This document shows positions 1 through 11,544 of a stretch of DNA of 64,000 bases, piece after piece; the first letter of the stretch is position 1, and every line of letters begins with the position of its first letter. Source of the DNA: Thraustochytrium aureum (lineage: Eukaryota). The position numbers were made by a program, and so were the translations under genes. The stretch is taken from the NCBI GenBank assembly GCA_012862495.1, contig BLSG01000377.1, forward strand, positions 208,793 through 272,792, given 5' to 3'. Below the pieces are notes generated by a model. It was not told the origin of the DNA. It ran no database searches and was given only the letters and a program-made list of their open reading frames with translations.

Positions 1-2711
1 ATCACAGTGAGATACTTGGTGAGGATGAAGAGGAGGTCCTTGGGCTTGAGCCGCTCGGAGAGACTGGTGAACCCAGCAATGTCGCTGAACATGATTGTCA
101 CCGTTCTGCGCCGCACGAAGAGCACGCGCGCATCGCTTTCGTTCCGCACAATGTTGCGAACCACAGCGCGGGGAAGAAACTTGCCAAATACGGCGATTGT
201 GCCCTTCATGTTGTCCATGGCGGATTCAAGGAGGTAGACGTCGTAAATAAACGATGCTGCACGCCTCGCTGTTTGGCCCCGGCGAGGCCCGTCCGCCGCT
301 AGCTTATCGAACTCGAAATTGTTGATGGCCTTGATGGACTCGCGCAGTCTCGCTAATGGCGCGTCGATTTGGTAAGACAAGAGCGCTGCGGAGAGGGTAC
401 CTCCGATGATGAACACCAAGTAAATCTCCAGTCTGAAAACGTTTGCCGTTTCCAACTCGACTTTCAAGTTCTCCTCCATGAGCGACGTGTCCTCCAGTGA
501 GCGGAGAAGGTCGCTTTCGCGCCCCTGCAGAAACCCTAGCAAGGGCAGCACGACGAAGGTGGCCACCCTGGTGGCGTTAGCGTCTTGCTCAAAAGAGGTT
601 GGGTCGTCCCCCAAGGGTAGAAGGGTCGCTGCGACAACGCAAAAGCTGTCGTCGAAGATGGACCGTGTCACGCTTTCGTCTCGGCTCACCAGCTGCAGAC
701 TCTCCGTGTCGGATCCGTTGCTGCTTGTTCGGACCACTTTGAGCTGCGCAATTTGTGCAAAGGTTCCGTGCTTCTCGAGGGCGACGGCCAGCCCTGAGTC
801 TTCAAGGGAGCTGCCAAGATTGCGTGAAACAAATGCAAGCGCTGCGCGAGACAAACGGCTCATGCTGTCACCTGATGGAAAGAGCGCTGGTCCTTTCGCT
901 GACGCGGCCGCTGCGGTGTCCTCGCTCTCCGTCGAGGCTGCCGCGAGCTGAGACGCGCCAACTACGCGGAAAGTGCTCGACCCGGACCCTGTCCCATCAA
1001 ACAACTAGACCCTTCCGCGAAAGAGCGCGCCCGAAGGCCCCCAGCCCGATTGTCAGTAGAGTACCTAAAAAATCTGCATGTGCGTGCAGCAAAGGGAAAA
1101 ACTTACGCCAACGAAAACCACCGAGCGGTCGCCAAAAGGCTGCGCGGAAGAAAATGTTGCTCTGCAATGCGCAGTCTGCGTTGCGCTCAACGACGCGCAC
1201 AATGACTTGCGAATGTGCTCAAGATGATGCTTGCAAAGCCTGTTGAATGCCCTGCTGTCCAGCGACGACCCGGCAACACCAACCAAGCAGGAGCTCGACT
1301 TGCACGGCCCGAACAGAGCCCGCGTGTACGTGACGTACTGGAGTGTCTTGTTTGCAAGGGGGGAAGCCGCACTCCACCTTCCCGCCAAAGCGGCGTTGCC
1401 CCTCGCCTGCACGTGCTGGCGAAACCAGCTCTCGGCTTCCACGATCAAGCGAGTCTGCGCGCAACTCACAGCGGCATCGCTACTTGGCACTCCGCCCTCC
1501 TCTGGAGTCGCTGCCGAGCAAACATGACCTGTCGCGTCGGTCCACCGGACACCAAGCGTGTGGTTTTCGAGTGCGCTTTGCTCGCGAAAGCCAGCCTGCA
1601 CAAACTGCCCGTCTGGCAGCCCCATAAAGGCGCTCAGCTCGGGAAGGACGAGTTGCGACTCTTGCGAGCGAAACACTGCAGCAAGAAACGGGCCAGGTGA
1701 AGTGAACCAGCTGGCCGTCACAGGCAAGCTCTGGTTGTACCATGGGACGAATGATGGGAGCACCATTTGCGCCCCGGCAACACCACTTGCAACACTTTGG
1801 ACTGCTCCACTGACCTGCGAGAGCATTCCCTGCGCGAACGCTGCGTTGACCAGCTCCACAAATGACGTCGCGGATTTTAGCGCAGAGTCCTCTGCGATGG
1901 GAATCGCCGCCTTCGAGATGTTTGTCACCGTTGAGGAGAAAACCCTGTGAGCTCTCTCCGACTGTTCAATCAAGAGCGCGCGCGTCGGAAGCAGAGATAC
2001 TAGTCCGAAGAGCGTGAGCAGGGCCAGCACCAGAAATATCAATAGCGTGCGGAAGCGCAGTCTGAACGGACGACGACGACAGCACCGGCACTTTGCTGCC
2101 GCAGGGTGCTCCGAAGGCCTAAGCTTTAGCGATTCTACTACACTGGAGCGTGCAGGCTCGCTCGCTTCGGCTGGCTCGCTGTCCGCCGCAGTGTCCTCCG
2201 TCGTATATGCGCTCGCTTCACTTGGCTGACTGTGCCGCATTCCTTCGTCGATGAGGCCGAGATGCTCGAGCTCTTCGGAACACAGAAGAAAATCTGTGTC
2301 GGGATCGTGTGCAGCATCTACCCCGATGCCCATGTCGCTAATATTTCCGCTGGGAGAGTTTGGCGGGCTGGCGATCAAGCCGGGGACCTGAAAGTTCTCA
2401 AGGGCGAGGTTTTCCGTGACCACCCTCATCACGTCTTCTGTCTTGGCCCTTGAAATGTCGCGATTCTTTCTACTTGTGCGGATTCGGATGCGTTTTCGCC
2501 GGTTGGCCCGGAGGTGCTCCTCTGACTCGACCTTGTGGAACTCCGCGGCTTTCTCCGCAACGCCGTTCTCAGGCCGATCCGCGCACGCAGAGCGCTCGCC
2601 GTCTCCATCCGCATCCGAGCCCGATGCCCGCGCGCCGTCCTCACCCGCGCTTAGTGCGAGCGCTTGCTCGGCGCGTTCACCGCAATTCGCAGCGACGAGG
2701 TCGCCCTCCAT
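1..2711 (-). CDS. Receptor-type class III adenylate/guanylate cyclase (TM - extracellular domain - TM - HAMP-like - cyclase), 3' end runs off the window; exons 2711-1107 and 1004-<1
   Basis: Manual minus-strand translation near 240-1 gives VFGKFLPRAVVRNIV...RRTVTIMFSDIAGFTSLSERLKPKDLLFILTKYL, the class III cyclase start motif. It is preceded by TM IYLVFIIGGTLSAALLSYQIDAPLARL. ORF 1065-2711 carries the first TM. An in-frame 102-nt GTAAGT..TCTAG intron (1106-1005) joins the two parts. Confidence 0.85.
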
Positions 2712-3299
2712 CTCGAAAGTCGGACGCCCTCGTCGTCCAGCAGAGCCGCTTCGGCAGCCTCTCGCCGCGCCAACTCCAATCCTGCGCCCGAGGCGGGGTC
2801 GGCTCCCCGTGGCGGCCGCGCGTCAAAGCGCGTTACAGAAGCGGCTCTGGCTGGTTGCCACTCTGGAGTGCGTGCGAGGCACATCCATCAACAACGCACG
2901 ACTNNNNNNNNNNNNNNNNNNNNNNNNNNNNNNNNNNNNNNNNNNNNNNNNNNNNNNNNNNNNNNNNNNNNNNNNNNNNNNNNNNNNNNNNNNNNNNNNN
3001 NNNNNNNNNNNNNNNNNNNNNNNNNNNNNNNNNNNNNNNNNNNNNNNNNNNNNNNNNNNNNNNNNNNNNNNNNNNNNNNNNNNNNNNNNNNNNNNNNNNN
3101 NNNNNNNNNNNNNNNNNNNNNNNNNNNNNNNNNNNNNNNNNNNNNNNNNNNNNNNNNNNNNNNNNNNNNNNNNNNNNNNNNNNNNNNNNNNNNNNNNNNN
3201 NNNNNNNNNNNNNNNNNNNNNNNNNNNNNNNNNNNNNNNNNNNNNNNNNNNNNNNNNNNNNNNNNNNNNNNNNNNNNGGGTCCTTGGCGCAAGCGCACT

Positions 3300-5506
3300 T
3301 CACAACCGCGAGCTCGAGCCAGGGAAAGGAGCCGAGCGCTGGCGCTTGCTCGTCTCCTTAATCAGGTCCAAGTCGAGGATCGGGCGCAAGTGCTCGGCAT
3401 AGCCCGGGAACGGGTCCTGCGCATTGAGCGGCGACAGCTTGGCGCTCTCGTACAAGGCTTCGTACACGCGGCCGTCATAGCGACCAATCGCCGAGTTGAG
3501 CACATTGTCAGAAAACTCAAACGCGTCAGTCAGGGCAATGCAGTCGGCACGCACGCGCGGGAGGAGGGACGCGAGAGCGTCGCGGACGGCCCGCTGCTGC
3601 GCTCGAGACATGTCAAAGCTGCCCAGGTCCTCCGCAATGTTGACGAGGCCGAAGAGTTGGCACAGCGTGGTAAGCGCAGCCCGAACTGCCGCGTCCTCGC
3701 AGGCCGCTAGCGCCTCCGCGAAGCAGGCAAAGACGACCAGGTAGCAGTGCGCTCGAGAGCACCGCACGAGGTCGAGCGCCGTTGCGTTCCACGCCTCGTC
3801 AAAAGGCTTGCCAGCCCCAAGCAGGCTGTCAAGCGCCCCAGAAGCTTCAACGACGGTCTGGAGAGCCCGCGCGCTCAACAAGCTACGAATCAGCTCAAGA
3901 GAGCGCGCGTCATCCGCCGTTTCGAACGCCGGCCGTGCCGGTGCAGAGGCGTGCTGGTTCAGGTATGCCGTTAGGCCCGTCGCGGCAGTGCCGTTCTTTG
4001 CTTCGCGGAGCGCCTTGAGCAAAAATCGGGCCGACTGCAGCTCGAGCACGATCATGTCCCCTTCGGCAGTGTTGTATGTAACGTAGTCGAGAAACATGGG
4101 GGCGATGCCAGCGGCCATCAGAACTCCGTGCCCTCCGCAGCACTTGCGCAGGTCCTCCATGCCTGCCGCGCCCTCGTACGTGGTGAGCGCTTTGAGCCCA
4201 GACGATATGCCGTGGAGCCCTGCCAGGTCTGCCCCTGCGTCGTTGGCAAAGTCCGCCAACACACTCTGCAGCTTTTCGCCAATCATCTTGCCAGTGAAGA
4301 TGAAGGCGTAAGCCGTGGCCAGCTGCTTGAAAACCCGGTATTGTTGGTTGGTGTAGTCAATGATGGCACGCTCCGGGGCCAAGCGGCTCGCCGTTGCGTC
4401 GCGCGTGTCCGCAAACCCTTGGTGGCGCACGCACGAGTACCTGCAGGCGATCGTTGCTGCTTGCGCAAGGCGGTACCCGGCGCCCATGACGAGGCCCGAG
4501 CGGATCGTCAGCATCGTCGTATACTGCGCCTTGCCGCCACCTGCTTTGGCTGCCTTGGTGGTGCGCTCGTACGAGCCGTCGCGGTGGACCACCTGGTTCT
4601 TCGAGAGCATCCACTCGCGCGGGATGCGCACATTCCGAAGCCTCAGGTAGCCCGTTTCGGTCCCGTTGTCTCCGATCTTCGGGCCCACTTCGCCAACCTC
4701 GATTCCAGGGAGCGGGGCGTGGTTCTCGTCGCGCAGCTGGACATAAAGCTGTGGAAGCCAAGCTCCTTGCCGTCAATGACCAGGTTGGCGTACACGACCG
4801 AGTGGGTCGAGGTCTTACCGAGGCCGCCGGGCCACCACTTTATGCTCTGAAGCGTGGGCGAGTTGATCACAAACTCGCCCGTCTCCTTGTCGTACTCGGC
4901 CACCGTGCGCAGCGCGCGCACGTTGCTTGCGTGGCCCAGCTCGGACTGCGCGAGGCAGCCCACAATCTTCATCTGCAGAGCGGGGATGCCAAACTCCATC
5001 ACCTGCTCGGGCGAGCCCTGGCTCATCAGTGTGGCGCAGAATGCCCCAAAGTGCAGCCCGAACGCGCCCTGGCTCCGGCTCGCGTTGGTCATCATCATTA
5101 TGTCGTCGCCCTTGGGGATGTAGCCCTCGTCGGCGTATGCCTTGTGAATCCCGATGAAGCGTTCGACGTGATCCGAGACCACTTTGGCCCTGTCGCGGAA
5201 TGCATTGAGCGAGTTGTCGTACCGCTCTCCAGCGCGCCACAGCCAGCGCCTGTGCAGCGTTTGCTTGGCAGAGCCGTCCAAGAAAAGCGTGAGGTTGCGG
5301 ACCTCAAACGAAGCTTGAGCGCGTTCGCGCGGCAGGATGTGCGCTGTGCCGCCGCTCGTGGGGCTCTCCTCGTCCGCTTCCACCAGCAGGCGGGCCTCGA
5401 GTTCGCGCTCCTTTTCGCGTGCTGGGTCCACGGCCACCAGGGACTCGGCAGGCTCCCAGGTCCCGAAGAGCCGTGGGCCGGGCCGGTCTGCTTGTTCGTC
5501 GGCCAT
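3300..5506 (-). CDS. ACOX1: Peroxisomal acyl-CoA oxidase, one frameshift near 4742
   Basis: Motifs GCLAQSELGHASN, KWWPGGLG, GPKIG, RKCCGGHG, TAEGD and NSAIGRYDG. C-terminal SRL is a PTS1 signal. Restoring one G (ATG GTC CAG CTG CGC GAC) joins ORFs 4643-5506 and 3300-4688. Confidence 0.93.
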
Positions 5507-5998
5507 CCTTCTCTCGCGTGCCGCGCAGCCAATCTATCGCGCCTCGTAGCAAGGGCCTCCAGCAGGCAGGAATCTCGCCGCGCTCGATCTGGGACTGGCA
5601 GACACGATTCGCGCGAGGGCATGGCGCAAGTTGAGATGGCGGACATAGCTCGTGTCCGACCGGCTGCGTTCGAGGTCGCGATCCTGCAGATCCATCCATC
5701 CGCCCAGACTCGGCCGCCTGACGCAAGAATGGGGCGAGCTCCTGGGACTGCGCAGGATGGTCGGAAGGCGGCCCCGAGTGAGCTGGCCTGATGAGTCGGG
5801 TTGGACAACTCGAAAGACTCGTGAGGCAAGTCTGCAAGGGAATGGAATGCCTTGCAGCAGCAAGTCCGAGCTTGTGTTGATCTTGATCTTGATCTTGAAG
5901 AAGGGATGGATTCTTTTCCTGGCAGGACGGCAAAGCAACGGCAGCTCTTTTGAAAGGAAACTAGGCTTGGCAGCGGCAGCTCAAGGGGCAGAGTCAGA

Positions 5999-7483
5999 TC
6001 AGTCATCTTTCGGCTGATGTGAATCTATTGGCTCGGGCTTTGCATGGCCCAGGTGCGGCGACCGGCCAAGCTGCCCAAGCACGCGACCAAGCACGCGAGT
6101 TGGGGTCAAGTGAATGTCGTAGCTGTCGAGGAGAACCGCTGCGGCTGCCACCACGTTGGCGTACAGGAAGAGGATGCCCCGGGCAGGCCAAGCCTCCACC
6201 GACAAGGTGTCCATGGAAACGTTGCAGAGCCCGGTGAGCAGGTTTGCCAGGAGAAAGATCGCAAGCTGGTTGCGGTTCACAGCTCTAGCGATCCCTCCGG
6301 GTGGGCCTCGGCGCGAGAGGAGCTCCACACAGCGCTCGCCAACTAGCGACATGGCGCACCGGTTGACCAACAGGATCTGCTGGCTGAGCGCCAGCGTCCA
6401 CAAAATGTAGGTCGGATTTGCGAGTCGCCGCGACGGAGGGCCGAGCGTCGCTCGAGCAATGAAGAAGGCAGCGTAAAGCGCCGCAAGGGCGCCCCCGTGC
6501 GCCGCGATAGAGGTTCCGACAGCGCCAGTTGGGCTGTGCATACGACCGAGCGCCATTCCGAACCAGTACAACGATACATACCCGCATGTACTCGCGACGC
6601 CCTCTTTGTTTGCGCTCAAAAGTGTGTCTCGAGGAGCGCCGAGCACCCAGGCCTCGAGTCCGCCAAACCGCAGAGCAGTGTGGTAAGCCGCGGCGATAAG
6701 CAAGCCGACGAGGGCTGGCTTGTCTGCCAGCGGCCTTGGCATCGCTCGCAGCACGCCTTGGACTCCGACCGAAACCGCAGCCAGTGTGAAAAAAAAGTTC
6801 CAATGAACGCCATACTCCATAACCACCTCCTGGTAAGCGGTAGAGCGCACCATGACAAAGCGGACTAGGCCGAGGGCCACCATTGGCATTGCGTGGGCCA
6901 TGACTCTGCCAAGCGACTGCGCCTCGAGGCACTGCCCCTGACGAAGGCCCACGACAATTGCGCTGGAAAGTACGAAGCCACCAGTACCCACGTCCATGAG
7001 GCCGGTTCCATAGGTCTCAGTCTTTCCAAAGCGACGCGGCGTCACTTGAAAGTCGATCGCCAAGATCATCAGGCAGGTCAGCGCGACCAACGTGAAACGG
7101 AAAACGGTAACGTGAGCAGTCTCCGCGCGCCCCGCTCCGTCAGAGCGCCTCGCCGTCACGGCGCCCTCCTCTCCCGCGCGGGCCGGCTGCGCGAGAGCGG
7201 CCAGCGTCGCAACCGCGGCCAGAGCGACGCAAACCAGAGGCAGTTCGTCTGGCGCGGTCAAGCTCGCGAGCCCGCTTCCAAGCACAACCGCCGATTCAAC
7301 AGCATACCTGACCGCGGCCCCTACCGCGCGGCTGCCGCCCCATCGCGATCGTAGCCTGCACGCCGCAACAGCGGCGACCCACACCGCGAGGGGCACAACA
7401 TTGACCACCGCGGCGACCTCGGCCACTGTGGTGCCCGACAGTCCGCTCACAAAGGCCTCCTTCTTGGTCTTGTAGTCGTCCAT
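5999..7483 (-). CDS. PIGW: GPI inositol acyltransferase PIG-W/GWT1
   Basis: MDDYKTKKEAFVSG start, ILAIDF...PRRFGKTETYGTGLMDVGTG, EYGVHWNFFFTL, NKEG, SRRLAN and NRNQLAIFLLANLLTGLCN; multi-TM. Confidence 0.95.
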   Translation of the reverse strand: MDDYKTKKEAFVSGLSGTTVAEVAAVVNVVPLAVWVAAVAACRLRSRWGGSRAVGAAVRYAVESAVVLGSGLASLTAPDELPLVCVALAAVATLAALAQPARAGEEGAVTARRSDGAGRAETAHVTVFRFTLVALTCLMILAIDFQVTPRRFGKTETYGTGLMDVGTGGFVLSSAIVVGLRQGQCLEAQSLGRVMAHAMPMVALGLVRFVMVRSTAYQEVVMEYGVHWNFFFTLAAVSVGVQGVLRAMPRPLADKPALVGLLIAAAYHTALRFGGLEAWVLGAPRDTLLSANKEGVASTCGYVSLYWFGMALGRMHSPTGAVGTSIAAHGGALAALYAAFFIARATLGPPSRRLANPTYILWTLALSQQILLVNRCAMSLVGERCVELLSRRGPPGGIARAVNRNQLAIFLLANLLTGLCNVSMDTLSVEAWPARGILFLYANVVAAAAVLLDSYDIHLTPTRVLGRVLGQLGRSPHLGHAKPEPIDSHQPKDD

Positions 7484-7498
7484 GTCGCCAGCCTCGAC

Positions 7499-7576
7499 GC
7501 AGCCCAGCCCGTGGCGCAGCCCAGCCCGTGGCGCAGCCCAGCCCGTGGCGCAGCCCAGCCCGTGGCGCAGCCCAGC
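7499..7576. repeat. 17-bp tandem repeat (GCAGCCCAGCCCGTGGC) x ~4.5 just upstream of the PIG-W ATG
   Basis: Perfect tandem units read directly from the sequence. Confidence 0.9.
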
Positions 7577-7678
7577 GGCAATGCACCGGCGCAGGAGGCC
7601 GCGGGACGGTGGACTTCGGGACGGTTGACTCAAAGTCTCGCAGGCGTCTTAATTGCACGCTCTGCGCGCACCGTGCGC

Positions 7679-8111
7679 CACGACACAGGGGACCCTCAAG
7701 TGACGGGCAAAAGGTGAGGGACGGGGCCGATGGTGCGGCACTCGACACAGGGGGTATCACAGTGACGCGTTGAAGGTGGGACAGAAAGACAGGCGCCACG
7801 ACACAGGGGATCCGCTATGACTAGAGCTGGAATCGTCGAGACGACACAGGGGCGCGGTCGTGACGAGGCAGGCCCCAACGGGCAGCAAAGTCACGACACA
7901 GGGAACCCTAGGATGACGCGGAACACGCACAAGGTGCCCATGTGACGAAGGTCATCAAAGTCCGAGCAGGAACGGACCGAACGGTCCGTCTCACGACACA
8001 GGGCAGCCCAAAGTGACGCAAAAGAGTCTGGGGGCGATGCGCAGCACGACACAGTATCCCCAGCCGTGACGAGACCCGGCAGGAACGGAAAGATATACAT
8101 GGCACGACACA
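7679..8111 (+). repeat. Interspaced bipartite-motif array (CA)CGACACAG-N11/12-TGACG, at least 8 copies, truncated by an N gap
   Basis: CGACACAG at 7681, 7743, 7799, 7842, 7894, 7994 and 8047, plus CGACACA at 8105. TGAC(G) follows at 7701, 7763, 7818, 7861, 7914, 8014 and 8067. A degenerate copy lies at 7924-7947. Confidence 0.9.
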
Positions 8112-8317
8112 NNNNNNNNNNNNNNNNNNNNNNNNNNNNNNNNNNNNNNNNNNNNNNNNNNNNNNNNNNNNNNNNNNNNNNNNNNNNNNNNNNNNNNNNN
8201 NNNNNNNNNNNNNNNNNNNNNNNNNNNNNNNNNNNNNNNNNNNNNNNNNNNNNNNNNNNNNNNNNNNNNNNNNNNNNNNNNNNNNNNCGTATTGAAGGCG
8301 TGCGGCGCGCTCGCGCG

Positions 8318-10571
8318 ATGGGCCGATCGTTCTGGGCCGAGGTGGTTTTGGCCGTTTGCGCCTTTGCGGGTGCGCTGGGCCCTTGTCGGGCGTACTGGGC
8401 TGGCGCGGGCGCTGCGGATATCACCGGGCCTGCGGCGGATGTGAACCTTATGGGCTACGCCATGCCGGCGCAGGTGAGCGGCGGGATCCACTTTCGGCTG
8501 CGCGCCCGAGCGTTCGTTTTTGCGCCGGACCTCGGTTCGACGGAGGCGCCCAAGCCCGCCCAGACGATCGCTTTCGTCTCGGTCGACAACGGAATGGGCT
8601 CGCTGGCCGTTACGAAGGCCGTGGTCGACCGGCTGCAACAAACGCTGCCCGGCGTGTACAGCATGGCAAACCTCTGCGTCTCTGGCACGCACACCCACAG
8701 CGCTCCCGCCGGATTCCTCCAAAATGTCCTTTTCCAGGTCACAAGCCTGGGATTCGTCCACGAGACGTTCGAAGCGTACGTGAGCGGGATCGCCCGTGCT
8801 GTCGTCCGTGCCCACAACAGCGCCCGCAGCGGTCGCCGCCTGACGATCTCGCGCGGAGAAATGGCCGCCGGGGCGGCCAGCATCAACCGGTCACCCTCAG
8901 CCTACGCGAATAACCCGGCCGACGAGCGTGCAAGGTTTGCGCACAATACCGATCTCAATATGACTGTCCTCCGAATCGAGGAAGCGGACGGCTCGCCCGT
9001 GGGCATGATCAACTGGTTTGCCACGCACGGAACAACCATGCCCAACACAAACGCGCTGCTGTCGGGCGACAACAAGGGGTACGCCTCGCAACTGTTCGAG
9101 TTCTGGATGAATGGCCCCGAGGTCCCCACCGGCAAAGGCGCGTTCGTGTCCGCCTTTGCTTCTACAAACCTGGGGGACGTCTCCCCGAAACATCAATGGG
9201 ACGTTTTGCACGGACAGCGGCAAGCCTTGCGAGGAGCTGCACTCGACATGCGCCGGACGCAACGAAAACTGTCACGGCCGTGGCCCGTCGTTCGATCCTT
9301 TCGAGTCTGTGGCCATCATTGGGGCGCGTCAAGCGGAGTTTGCCAAGACGCTCTTTGAGGCGGACCAGAGGCGCGGTGCCTCGCGCTCCCCTTCGAAAGT
9401 CCTGCTGCGTGCGAAAGTGGAGGAAGGTACGGTGGAGTCGCGGCACGTTTTCCGGGACATGTCGAAGGTCCAAGTCCGCCTCGGGGCTGGCAACAGCACC
9501 GCGTCAACCTGTAAGCCTTCGATGGGGTACTCGTTCGCGGCAGGCACGACAGACGGGCCCGGTGCGTTCGATTTCGTGCAGTCTGAGAAGACAACCAATC
9601 CGTTTTGGGAGTTCGTGCGCAACTTTTTGAAAAAGCCGTCTGACAGCCTCGAGGCTTGTCAGCACCCGAAGCCGGTGCTTTTGCCCACCGGTGAAATGGA
9701 AGTCCCGTACCCGTGGGATCCGTCTGTGCTCCCGCTCCAGCTCTTCCGCATCGGCCGGCAGCTCGCCATCATCAGCGTCCCCAGCGAGTTCACGACGATG
9801 GCTGGCCGGCGGATGCGCGCGGCAGTGCGTGAAATACTAGTGGGGGGCGGGGCTTTGGATGCCGAGACCGGCGTGGTCGTCATCGCGGGCCTTGCCAACG
9901 ACTACAGCTCGTATGTGACTACCTTCGAAGAGTTCCAGGTGCAGCGCTATGAAGGGGCCTCCACCCTCTTCGGGCCGCATACCCTGCAAGCGTACATTCA
10001 GGAGATGTCCTCATTGGCCAGCCACATGGTCAGCGGCACGCGCCCGAAGGAGGGCCCGCTTCCGCCTGATCTGCTGAGCGAACAAGTCCAACTACTCCCT
10101 GCCCCACCGCCTGACGTAGCAGTGCCTGGCACAGCGTTTGGGGCGGTCGAGGTGGACGTGCACGACGTGTACGACCTGAACGCGGACCCCAACCTTGTCG
10201 TCTCGGCGACGTTCCGGAGCGCCAACCCCCGCAACGACCTCCGCCTGGAAGGTACTTTTCTTGCCGTTGAGCGCGAGATCGCCGCAGGGTCTTGGGAGCA
10301 GGTCGCGACAGACAGCGACTTTGACACCAGGTTCATATGGAGGCGCCAGGCAGTGGTCTTTAGCCAAGCAGTGGTGGAGTGGCGACCTGGCCAGAGCTTG
10401 CGCGCTGTGCCGAGCGGGACGTATCGGCTCGTGCACTTTGGGACGCGGAAGCACGTCTCGGGAAAGCTCTCGACGTTTGTCGGCCGCTCCAAATCGTTCC
10501 GCCTCGAGTCGCGGGGCCGGCACGCCCCGATGGCAAAGTTTCTTGAGCCTTTCCTTTCCAGCGTACAATAA
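8318..10571 (+). CDS. ASAH2: Neutral/alkaline non-lysosomal ceramidase with signal peptide, frameshift near 9189
   Basis: Motifs GAADITGP...LMGYA, SGTHTHSAP, NRSP, NWFATHGT, SGDNKG, GDVSPN, GYSFAAGTTDGPG, EFTTMAGRR and YEGASTLFGP. One extra A in CCGAAAC splits the ORF. Confidence 0.95.
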
Positions 10572-11544
10572 AGAACAGCAAGTCTCGCGCAGCGACAGAC
10601 GGGGCGCCGATGTTTGCCTGTAAGTAGGTCTACTACGCAATCCAAACCTATCCAGCTGCACAGTACAGTAGATTCTCCCCCGCCTCAAAAAAATAATGTT
10701 GCAACTCTCGCAAACTTGCGCACAGATCCTGACCATGGCGAGGCTCTCTGGAGCGATGCGATGCTGCGTTCGACTACTCTGGAGAGCTTCCAATGGCGGG
10801 TCAGGTTCACTTCACTTGTCTATGTGCAGACATTGTGCAAACGCGTTTGCAACGGATACACCGGATACGTAAAGGGGGCATCCACAAATGCAACCAACTT
10901 GAACGAGTCTTTCCTGAACTGCGTCGATAAACTGCGGCAGGCTCTGATCTTCAAAAGACCGGAAACGCAGACTAACTCAGCAAGCATTGGTCGAAGGGGG
11001 TACTGGACATGAGTGGGGAAAGGACCCGTCCTCGCTCTGCTCTGGGGCCGGCCTCTCCCGAGTCTGCTCTCGCCGAGACGAACAAGTGGTTGTTTGGATG
11101 CTACAGAACAGTACCCCTGGATGCGCTTCGTGGAGAATGCACGAGCAGACACCCCAGGGGTTGTCGCAAGCCAAACCAGCGTGGGGCGAGGACCCGCGTT
11201 GCCCCCCCACGAGCACACCCCGGATGCNNNNNNNNNNNNNNNNNNNNNNNNNNNNNNNNNNNNNNNNNNNNNNNNNNNNNNNNNNNNNNNNNNNNNNNNN
11301 NNNNNNNNNNNNNNNNNNNNNNNNNNNNNNNNNNNNNNNNNNNNNNNNNNNNNNNNNNNNNNNNNNNNNNNNNNNNNNNNNNNNNNNNNNNNNNNNNNNN
11401 NNNNNNNNNNNNNNNNNNNNNNNNNNNNNNNNNNNNNNNNNNNNNNNNNNNNNNNNNNNNNNNNNNNNNNNNNNNNNNNNNNNNNNNNNNNNNNNNNNNN
11501 NNNNNNNNNNNNNNNNNNNNNNNNNNNNNNNNNNNNNNNNNNNN

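Noticed and set aside
7679..8111. Calling the array a CRISPR or a RAG/Transib RSS array
   Set aside because: The repeats are split, their interiors vary, and the spacing is irregular. There are no cas genes and the host is eukaryotic. CACAGGG resembles the RSS heptamer, but no ACAAAAACC-like nonamer or transposase is present.
10614..11227. Short ORFs between the ceramidase and the gap (similarly 16155-16681 and 18376-19119)
   Set aside because: No recognisable motifs or terminal repeats; cannot support a gene or mobile element.
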